This document shows, piece by piece, positions 37,601-47,200 of a DNA stretch of 64,000 nt. Position 1 is the first letter of the stretch, and every line of letters begins with the position of its first letter. Both the position numbers and the translations under genes were made by a program. The notes beneath the pieces were generated by a model. That model had not been told where the DNA came from, made no database searches, and worked only from the letters and a program-made list of their open reading frames with translations. Origin of the DNA: Aplysia californica (lineage: Eukaryota); assembly GCF_000002075.1 (NCBI RefSeq), contig NW_004797819.1, positions 24,245 through 88,244 of the forward strand. The letters run 5' to 3'.

Positions 37601-40600
37601 CCCCCCAAAAAATTAGCTTGTTGAAAGAAATAAAATTTCAACTTCCACTCTCCTTTACTGACAAGGATGACTATTGCATCTTCAGGAGAATTTTACTTTT
37701 ATTAGGCCCTTCCAGGGCAGCCCAAAGCTAAACAAATAGGTCACCCCAAAATTGATGAAAATTTATTATGACCCGAAGCTAATTTAAGAGACTTGAGAAA
37801 AGATTGAAATGCCATTATAGGTTGGAATATTTTCTATCTCACAAGCTGACACTACTTTAACTTATAATTAACTTATTATATAGTCAAACTTTTATAATCC
37901 TGCATTCATTTCTCAATAAATAGGATAAAAATTAGGCATTTTACACGTCTGACAAAGCACAAGCTCACCTTTGACGGAATCTGGAAGCCCGTCCACCACA
38001 GAAAGGGCCACTCGAGCTCCTAGGAGAACGTCAAGCCCTTCAAGTGCAAAGCGTCTCGCCATGGCAGGAGCATTACCGCCCAGCATCCACCTATGGCCAG
38101 GTATTTTTGAGGCTGCCTCCACCAATTCATCAAAGAATGTGTCATTTGCAATATATCTCCTGTAATGCAATCAGCCAATAACAAAATTATTCATCTAAAT
38201 GATGGATCATATTCTACAATTTTTAAAATTAAAAGAAAAACTGATGGAAACTACACATTTTGATCTGTTCTCAATCAGAAAAAGACACAGATGCTGATCT
38301 CAAAAAGAGCCATTTAAATACGTCTATTCAGGGTATTTACATACTGTTTTACTATTACAACAGTCTCAGACTCAATTGTAAATTATAATTGTAATTATAG
38401 CCCTTTACACTTTACATTTTAATTATAAAAAAAATTTTTTTTTTATAGTAGAGGGTTTTACGGCGCTCGCAACTGCATAAGGTCATATGAGCGCGCGGGA
38501 CACACCTAATACTTTTAGTTGGGTAGGAAATTTTGAATTTTGCCCGGATGGCGGCCGACGCCTTCTCTTATCGATTTTAGACCACCAGGGGATCTTTAAC
38601 GTGCGCAACTTGCACACGAGCCCTCCGAGATTTTTCGCCCTTATCCGAGAAGGCTAGGTGTAGATCTTTCCTACCAGAAGATCAGGGGTGTGGCAGAAAG
38701 ACAGCAGGAAGAAAGAGTCAAGGAGTAGCAGTAGAAAGGCTGCAGAAAGGGTCAGGAGCCCAGTGTTTTCCATAAATTATGGTGAGGGGGTGAGGGCAGA
38801 AAGAGGAGACGAAAGCAGACGACAGAATATTGCTAGAGAGCAGGAAAGGAGGTGAAAGGAGACAATTTTAGAGAAGAACATTTTTCGGTCGCTACCCAGA
38901 TTCGAACCCGGGATCTTTGAAAGAGAGGCCAACACCTTAACCTCTAGGCCACGAGAACCCCCCTGTTAATTTTTATCCATTTACACAAATTTTGCCTATT
39001 TGCCCATCACAAAAAATAGGTTTTTGAGAAATTGATGTTTTCCATAAATTATGTGTGCCAGTAACTTGCATAATGTAATATTTCACGCATTTGGAAGTGT
39101 GGTGGACTGTTCAAGGCTTTCTGTATTTCAGATATTTCTTGTTCTTCAAAATACTTTTCTACAATAGCAAAAATTTGCCAAGAACCACAGAGAAAGTAGT
39201 GTCTTTTTAAAACAGGAATAGTGTCTTTCCAGACAAAATTGTCTGTGATCAAGTGAACAAAGAACTCAATGACATGAGGTTTTTTTCTTGGGTTTTGTTT
39301 TATTTGGGGGATTACAGGGGGGCATAATTTTCTCTATTAAACTGTATTTTCTCTATAATTTGATGTTTTGCAATAAGGTTTGAGAATATATATCTAAAAA
39401 ATAATAGATTTGCGACTCTTTTTTAAATTTTATAAGAGGGCCGTGTTCGGCAGCCAAACAAAACCACTGGTTTGGCCCAGTATTACAATGTATCTGCATG
39501 AGAGAGTGTAACCCAGTAATATAATAGTAAAAATTTACATTATATATATGAATGAATGTGAGAATCTCACAATACATTGCACACACATCTGATTCACATA
39601 TCAAGAAGACAAAAACAAAGTCACAAGAATACATTTAAAAAACAAAAGTAATACACCTAAAAAAGGGGCTCATTCAAACATTATCATAACTACTGGCATG
39701 CTTTAGCAGCAGAACCTAAAATTTAATGCAAGAGTTCTAAAACGGAGGTGGTAACATCAGAGTGTGGACGGTCATTTTTACTGTCAACACCAATCTTATG
39801 TTTGTACAGTACTTTTCTCGTTCATTCTTTATCAGTCATGAATTTCTACTTTATCCACTGTGATTGATGCATTTTTGAAAAATTTAAGCTATTATAATAT
39901 AATGTAATTTAGTATTTCGCATTATGATGTCAAACTGGGTGGGGGTTCAGGGAGGCATGCCCCAACCCCCTTGCATTTCATTGTTATTTGATGTTAAGCA
40001 ATTAAGGGAAGATTTCTTTGACCAGCAACCACTATGAAATAGAGTAAAATTTAATACAGGGTTGAGGTTTGGGGTAGGGGTAGGAGTAGGGGCAGAAGTT
40101 TAAGGGTAGCCTAAGAGTAGGGCAGGGGTAGCCGTTGGGTCAGGGTTAGGGTTAGGTCTCTTCACAAGCGACTAAATGTAGAACGACGCAACGATTCCAG
40201 AACTAATCCCTGCAATTATTGCTTCTGAGAAAAAGAACCGACCCCTTTTTCCGTAAACTAACGATTCTCGATTACTTTATTTTTATTAAAAAGAAAGTTT
40301 TTTTTAAAAAAAATGTTGGTGCTTCGCTATGTTCTGAAATCGAGGTTATCCTGAACCTTGAAGACTTAAAAAGAGTAATCGGGATGCAAATTCATTGTCA
40401 AAGATTACATATATCGATTTAGTATACACACAGTGTCAAAACGTATTCATCGCTTTTGCCTTTTTCTCATTCATCTGTTTTTGTTTTTATATTCCCTTTA
40501 TTTTCTATTCAAAATCTACAACTAACGTCTGCCCACGAGGCTTAATACTACAGGCTCTCATATTTCTCGGTTGAGGTCAGCGTTGGTTCTCTGACTTCAC

Positions 40601-42179
40601 ACTGTATAGATTGGGCGGGATAGCACCCTCCCACCCCAAGTAATCAAAGGGGTCGGACTACTCGTCACTCGCCGAAAGTAATTGCAGGTGTCGGACTAAT
40701 CGCTATTCCCCGGAAGTAGTAATACGTATCATTACTCGGCGGAAGTAATTGCAGGCGTCAGACTAATCGCTACTCGTCGGAAGTAATTGCAGGTGTCGGA
40801 CTAATTTAATCGCTACTCGCTGGAAGTAATTGCCGTGGTCGGACTAAGTGCTACTCGCCAAAGGAGGTAATGGCAGGGGTGGGAATAACTGCTGATCGCT
40901 GTATATAATCATGATACTGGCTAGGGGTCGAAACCACTGGAAGAAATCATTTTATATCACTATCACTGGCTATAATGAAAGTAATGGGGTTCGGAACTGA
41001 TTCCTACGACTCCTAGCCTTTAATAATCGGGAATCTTCGGTAACCGAAAAAGAATTGGAATCGCCTACCTCTAATTTTTAGGTAAGGCAGCCACATCTTG
41101 TATGACGTCAGACCTGGATACCACTCTGATCACGTGACTACATCTAAATAGCCAACCGCTTGGCACCAAAGATTGTGTAGGCCTAAAGAATCTTTGATGG
41201 CACGACTCTTTGGTGCGATATTTTTCCAGGGATACCGGTATTGTGATAGGAGGCCTATGATGCTGTGCTCCGGTGATGCTGCTGCTTAAAAGCCACTGAA
41301 CCAAAGATTCTCCACTAGTGGAGAATCTTTGTTGACAGTACTACACCATCTTTGGTATCTCCACGGCCTTCCAAAGTAGTCTGTGGGTATCCCAAGATGT
41401 GATGGCATCACATAAACTTAAAATTAGCCGCCAATCAGGCAGGTGCGTCCTTCTAGGTTTAGGCTCATGGTCTCTTCTTTGTTGCTGTTTGTTGGGGAGG
41501 TCGTTTGTAATGCAAGATATGAGATTTTCTAGAAAACAAAAGGCCTATTGAGCAGCAGTTTTAGACTAGAGGTGATGAGGTGTGTTCTGCAGCCAAAACC
41601 ACCCAAAATTAAAAGTAATGTAATGTTGTCTGCGTGCAGGTGAAAATTTGGATGGGGGAAGAGGCCTTTCTTTATCCTAAAACTAAAGTTTTTATCGATG
41701 TGTAACAATGTCATTGATGGCCACATCTATATCATACACACAGCCTGCACGCAGCTCTTGACAACTACTAGATTAGATTCTAGATCTAGAATCTAGGCTC
41801 TAGATCTAGAATATATATCTAGAATAGTTCTTCAGCTAACTTACTCAGCAGCAGCTCCTTGGGGGAAAAAGTATGCCATGAGTTGAGTCAGTTCCTCTGC
41901 ATTGTTTACAACATTGTGGTGTTTCGCAAGCTCAGGAGTTGTCAAATTGAGAAGATTGAACAAATCAAGTCCGTTCACAAAAATATCTTCACATCCTCCA
42001 AAACCAACAGCCACCCTAACCTTTGGAGGAGGAACTTTTTTCTCAGCCCTCAGCAGACCCGACAAGACGTCTTTCAGTCGTGCTTGGAGCACCTCGTCTG
42101 CATGTCGCTTGTAGAGAAAGGCCACTAAAACTACAAGGAAAGACAAGGAGGCTCCAATCTTAACGCTTCCAGACACCAT
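28321..42179 (-). CDS. ADPGK: ADP-dependent glucokinase, 475 aa; exons 42179-41845, 38159-37969, 35766-35670, 34102-33966, 33036-32873, 30394-30266, 28695-28321
   Basis: Phase-consistent GT-AG junctions; 1428 nt total. N-terminal signal anchor; VAVGFGGCED; GAAAERY; GGNAPAMA; DVHLLMEY; PRGNRLIVHSD; HFEMASF; SLGMNEQEL; RLHVHTLAFQ; C-terminal ribokinase-fold TGGGGDNVSAAGL. Confidence 0.97.
29092..29777. mobile_element. Degenerate piggyBac-like MITE (ADPGK intron 6)
   Basis: ttag|CCATTTAACTCTTG … CAAGGTGCTAAATGG|ttaa. Confidence 0.5.
30266..30394 (-). CDS. ADPGK: ADPGK exon 6 (not in the ORF track)
   Basis: cctgcag|ELPNILNILQGGNVSLVSDSYPRVASVLDEMRTVYSLLKDTKE|gtaatt. Confidence 0.93.
31271..32133. 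mobile_element. hAT-like MITE
   Basis: Perfect 14-bp TIR CAGACCTGCCACTC / GAGTGGCAGGTCTG; subterminal ATCGGGA/TTGGGAT motifs; TSD not recognisable. Confidence 0.65.
32142..32721 (-). mobile_element. 5'-truncated RNase H-containing I-group (Ingi-like) LINE
   Basis: LLTDAMSVLQ…**…WIPSRCGVLGNEQADRMAK (RNase H), RLRT, CQCG…TVEHF; degenerate (GAA)n tail; 12-bp TSD TCTGCAGAGAGT (32130-32141 / 32722-32733). Confidence 0.88.
32873..33036 (-). CDS. ADPGK: ADPGK exon 5
   Basis: tctctcag|GT GTG CGA … GAA CAG|gtaagt. Confidence 0.95.
33190..33660 (-). mobile_element. Degenerate RTE (BovB-like) LINE remnant
   Basis: Fragmented frames WAEHFDSILNQPSSIN, ELLFADDCAL (RT motif) and QLYWAGRVIRMP. Confidence 0.75.
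33641..33839. repeat. ~100-bp tandem duplication x2
   Basis: TATCACATCCTTATCT…GTTTTGAGAGGTA at 33641 and 33741. Confidence 0.9.
33966..34102 (-). CDS. ADPGK: ADPGK exon 4
   Basis: cctttcag|A CTC ATC GTT CAC … AAA G|gtaatt. Confidence 0.95.
34474..35413. mobile_element. pogo/Tigger-like MITE (ADPGK intron 3)
   Basis: TA|CAGTCAAGCACGGAT … ATCTGTGCTTGACTG|TA. Confidence 0.7.
35670..35766 (-). CDS. ADPGK: ADPGK exon 3
   Basis: ttcctcag|TT ATT … AAC AG|gtgggc. Confidence 0.93.
36201..36656 (+). mobile_element. SINE family 1, copy 3 (ADPGK intron 2)
   Basis: Colinear with copy 1, with a deletion after the head; TSD AAAGA(C/T)CTTCC (36190-36200 / 36657-36667). Confidence 0.85.
37969..38159 (-). 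CDS. ADPGK: ADPGK exon 2
   Basis: cattacag|G AGA TAT … AAA G|gtgagc. Confidence 0.95.
38435..38963 (-). mobile_element. SINE family 1, copy 4 (ADPGK intron 1)
   Basis: Reverse complement of copy 1 with intact B box (gggttcgaatc) and tail. Confidence 0.85.
40640..40890. repeat. ~37-40-bp minisatellite, about 6 degenerate copies
   Basis: Unit approx. GGAAGTAATTGCAGGTGTCGGACTAATCGCTACTCGYC. Confidence 0.85.
41845..42179 (-). CDS. ADPGK: ADPGK coding exon 1
   Basis: ATG at 42179; donor GA|gtaagt. Confidence 0.92.
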
Positions 42180-43120
42180 GATAACTGCAATGTGCAATTC
42201 CTTGGGAGAATTATCCACAGATCACAGGTGTAAGTCTGATGACTTGTCTACTTTCGTTTTTCTCGGCCAAAAATCTGCACACAAGTGATAACTGAAATAG
42301 GCCTCATCAGTTTGCCAAAAATAGAAACTTGTTATTGACACGTTCGAATCGTCGTTCGTTTATTATTATTTTAATGATGTTGAAGTTCGCAAAATTAAAA
42401 AAAGAACAGAATTGTTGCTAGAATCTAGATCTAAATATTGTTGCCTTTATTAGACAATAATTTGGCGGTGAGAGAATGAGTTTGAAATTAGGTTATGTTA
42501 TGGTATTTCCTGCTCATAGACATGGTGTTCTCCTAGATTGTGCACTAGGCTATTATGACCACCCAGTCTTTGCCACCTCTCTACTTTCTACAAACACCTC
42601 ACACTGAAGTGTGACAACCACTATGTCAAAGTAAAGGCTAAACACCAATATTTACATTGGGAAGATTGAAGAATACCGGTCCACTCGTACATTATTGCGC
42701 GAGAAAGTGGGGTAGGTGGGGCGGGTGGTTGGGGTGGAGGAGGGGGGATGGGGGTTCAGGGAGGTCTCCCCCCTGAAAAATTTTTAATGAATAGATCTAG
42801 GTCCGAGATTCTCCATTGAGATATATTAAAAACGGGAAATTTATGAATTCCTAAGGTTGAGACATTGGCAAAGTCAGTCCGCTGGTCCGGTATTCTTCAA
42901 TCTTACCTTTACATTCATTTGATTGTGCTCCCTCCCTCCTCTCCTTTTGTCATTTGTTGGCTCAAATAGAGTCAAATCAGAAAGTTTACTCCCTGGTCAA
43001 ATGGCGCGCCCCCTAGTGAACCGGAAATCTACTACAGTGTACAATCTAGGATATTGTAATAAAAGTCTATGGTTGTAGGGTACAATTTACGACTTTTGAT
43101 TTGTTGTACTTGGACACAAA
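42180..43120. promoter_or_regulatory. Putative bidirectional promoter, ADPGK / CCHCR1-like
   Basis: Divergent ATGs with 941 bp between them; YY1-like AAAATGGCG (43118-43126) and AAATGGCGCG (~42999); ETS-like CCGGAAAT (43021). Confidence 0.6.
42659..42907. mobile_element. 249-bp MITE with 8-bp TSD
   Basis: TIR GGGAAGATTGAAGAATACCGGTCCA / TGGTCCGGTATTCTTCAATCTTACC; TSD TTTACATT (42651-42658 / 42908-42915). Confidence 0.85.
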
Positions 43121-43166
43121 ATGGCGGCGAATCTGAACAAACCTGCAGATTTCGCTCTCAAACGGG
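43121..43166 (+). CDS. CCHCR1: CCHCR1-like exon 1
   Basis: aaaATGGCG Kozak context; MAANLNKPADFALKR G|gtgaaa; phase 1 matches 53825. Confidence 0.65.
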
Positions 43167-44187
43167 GTGAAAATATTATTTTATCTGCAGTTATTTTCTG
43201 TGATTTTTGTAACTTAAGATGTTTAGGCGTATGCGTTTTACAAGAATGATTTAGTCTCAAGGAGCTTGGATAGGGACTCAAACTAGAGATAGATTCTAGA
43301 ATCTATTAGATCTAAGATCTAGAATCTAGGAACGAAGTGGCTGGCGCTAGACTGAGAGTCTAGACTGGCAGTCTAGCCGTACTTAGGGCGATAACAAATA
43401 ACATAAAGAAAGCCGAAACTTAAGCGGCTGAAGATCGACTCGGACAGGCGCCAGTAGGTGTCTGCTTGACTCCACATAGAGGGCGCCTATTGTCGATCCC
43501 TTTAAGCTCGCGTTGCATTGATCTACTTTAGTAGTACTTTAGGTTAGGTCTTTGTCTTTGTCTAGTCTGCCTACATCTACCGTATCTAGAATCTAGATCT
43601 AGATCTAGTTCTAGGTCTTGAGTGATTACAAATTTACAAGAATGGACTCGTCATCCGAGTGGGGGAGGGGCGGGGAGAGAGAGGAAGAGGGGGAGAGGGA
43701 GGGAGAGAAAGGGAGGGAGAGAGAAGAGAGAGATTACCCGTGTCCGATAGAATGTCAATAAAATTGCAATATTATGTCATAAATGTGTCAATAACAAAGC
43801 TCCCTTATATCTTAGTGATCTCATCCAGATGTATGTTCCATCTAGATCACTAAGATCAGGCGATCAGTATCTTTTAAGAGTTCCTAGAAAAGGGGGTAAA
43901 AAATTAGCTGAAAGATCGTTCGCCCACCTTGCTCCGTCAGTTGAGTTTGGAACTCTCGTCCCCAACCCTTGAGACATACAACATCTGAGTCTAAATTTTA
44001 AAAAATCTTTAAAGACACATTTAATGACATCTTTTTTGTCTGTAGATTCAGGTTCAATACAATGTTATGTAAATGACTATGTATCCATTTATAATTTATG
44101 TATTTTGTGAATTGCATTGTGTAGATTATTTTATGCTCATTTCGTGACGACGTGTAATCGTGCGCGTGTGATAAGCAAGTAGATGCG

Positions 44188-44231
<44 letters not shown>

Positions 44232-47200
44232 GCGTACATGTGTGTGCACATGTGCGTGTTATGTGTTCGTGAGTGTGTATGTGTGTGTTTGTGTGTGTGT
44301 ATGTGTGTATGTTTGTGTGTGTGTATGAGTGCGTGTATTTTTGTGTTTGTGTCGCGTGCGTGAATATTGTTCGTACATGTATTTTTATGTAAAGTGCCTA
44401 GAGCTGTGTTTACACGGGAGTGGGCGCTATAGAAATTATCTTCTGAGCATTTGCCAAAAGGTGGGATACCTGGGTGTGACAAATGAGGTCCAAAATCAAC
44501 TTTATGTAATAATTCTTTAATCACCCATGTTATATAGCCTAATGATTGCTCTTTCAGACTCAGTAACTGCCAAAGCTGTATATGCAAGGGTCTTGGTGTA
44601 ATTCTGACTTGAATGACGGAAATAGCAAAAAGTTCGTTCATAACAATGATGACACAAATTTATGAATACTCAAAGTTCCTTTCTTCAGCTAGGCTGATGG
44701 TAGATTTTGAGACATAGCAAATAACTTCCAAAACTACATAGAATTGACAATTTATAAAAATCTTTATTAATTTTTGATAAAATTACTTTTTTGTGTCATA
44801 ATAGTTATGAACGAACAATAAGTGACCAAAATACTATCAATTATATCAAGTTTCATCGACTAGAATTGTCTAAAATAACACTCAATTGACTAATTATAGT
44901 CAAGTGATAAATGAAAGACCATTAAACAGCTATTTTTAAACGCAGACTGGTCTTAGGGCATATTATGCATAAATTTAAAGTTCGTTCATAACCATTATGA
45001 CACACTGTTTCGTTCATAACTATTATGACAAATTTTACTTTTGGCCCCTAAAATTTACTTATATTGTTCTGTCTTTCACATAAAACGGTTTTCATTTATG
45101 AGGCTTTCCTTAAAATGATAGATTCCTCTATGTAGGGAGAATTCAAAGTTTATATTTCCTGAAAAACCCTTAGAATACCTTTAAAATGGTTCGTTCTTAA
45201 CAATTATGACAAACTACAATATTGACCTAAAAATTTACTCATTTTGATCTGTCATTCATTTTTTAAAACTTTTATTAAATGAAACTCTCCTCATAATATG
45301 TATCTCTGTACATGTTTTTAAAGTTTGTTAACACTGAAAAGCCCTCAAAATATATAAAATGGACTATAAATAGTTCGTTCATAACCATTACTACAAAAGT
45401 ATAATACTAATTAAAATCCACACCCATAAACTTATGATAAAAATCAAAATATCAGAATGTATGCAAGGTCTATTCTGTCCTTTAGTTGGGTTCAAATTAA
45501 AAACACATCCCAAAACAACTGTAAATTACATGGAATTAGGTTTCGTTCATAACCGTTATGACACACTGTTTCGTTCATAACTATTATGACAAATTTTACT
45601 TTGGGCCCAAAAAATTAACTTATTGTTCTGTCATTCACATAAAATTGTTTTAATTTATGAGACTCTCCTCAAAATAAGGTTATATGTTGGAAGAATTCAA
45701 AGTTTAATCACTGAAAAACCCTTAGAATACCTTAAATTGTTCGTTCATAACTATTATGACAAACTTCAGTTTTGACCTAAAAATTAATATTTTGACCTGT
45801 CATTTACTTTAAAATTTCATATTAAATGAAAGTTTCCTCGTAATATGTATCTGTGTACATGTTTTTAATGTTTATCAACTCTGTAAAGCCCTCAGAGTAC
45901 AATATGTAGTTCATTCATAACCATTACTACAAAAGTAAAATACTAATTAAAATCCAGACCCATACACTTATCATAAAAATCAAAATATCTGAATATAAGC
46001 AAGGTCTGATACATCCTCAAGTTGGGTTAAAATTAAAAATACATCCCAAAACAACTGTAAATTACATGGAATAAGGTTTCGTTCATAACCATTATGACAC
46101 ACTGTCACGTTCATAACATGATGACAATCCATTATGACAAGCATATTTTTGCTTCTCCTTCGCTTCTCTTTTGAGTCATCAGCACGATACTCTTCCATGT
46201 TCATTCCACCATGTAAAAGGATGTTGTGAAACAGTGGGAAGTCCCTCACATGATATTTTGCAGAAATATCATAAAGTGTTTGTTCATAACATCATTATGA
46301 CAAACCTGGATTATCTCAATCAAAGTCATATTTAAGCAAAACCATGCGATGGAGCGGAAAATCACCCTTCTGATGGATCAATGTCAAACCAATGTTTAAT
46401 ACCGGTCATTTCCCGGGATGATATGTTTAACAATTTGGGTTTTCTAGACCTTGGAAAGTCTGATGATGTAATTATGACACGAGTTATGAACGAACTTATA
46501 AATTTTACTCAGCAATAACATCATTAATATAAAAAAATAAAACCCTTTTAATGGACACATGCTGTTATGATGGTGTATACAAACTATTTTCAATGTTTGA
46601 ATGCACTACTGTTTGATAGTTTAAGATTAACAATATTCTGTATTTAACATACAATTACGTGTGCACTCAGGATGAGTAAAAAATGCCCTATTTTTAGTAC
46701 TATTATCTTTCTATGTAGAGATATAAGATGCACACATCAATCTACTTGCTCATGCAGCTTGACCAACTTATTTCCTTGCCATATGCATAAAGTTTTCAGA
46801 AGAAAACATATTTTACCATGAGTAGTGGTTGATTAAAAAAGTCCTCATGCAAACACCCCCACCTTTTGGCAAAAGCTCTTCTATTATTATTATTATGATA
46901 ATTAATTATTATTATTATTATTATTGTAAATCGACATCCATTTTGACAAGACACGACACAGCAGATCTCTAGACGCACAACGAAAAACAACACAGGCCTC
47001 GTCTCTTCAAAATCACACTCTATTGACACAGTAAAGCCGAGATATCTAATCTAGATCTAGATTCTCGTTCTCTAAGAAAAAATTAAAATTAATTACACCA
47101 CAACACAGCTGGTATTCATGAAGCATAATATTTTTGGGGAAAAAACACTAATTTTCTTAAATATTGCTTAAAATGCAGTTCTGCTCGGTGACCACCCTAT

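Noticed and set aside
40138-40156. Interstitial telomere
   Set aside because: Only about two TTAGGG units within a degenerate G-rich tract.
42236-42312. Hammerhead-like CTGATGAGGCC…GGCCGA on the minus strand
   Set aside because: The core reads GAGA rather than GAAA, and no stems I/III could be found.
44630-46500. CRISPR-like repeat/spacer array
   Set aside because: Spacers range from ~6 to over 180 bp and are themselves duplicated; eukaryotic context, no cas genes, and the array lies within TIRs.
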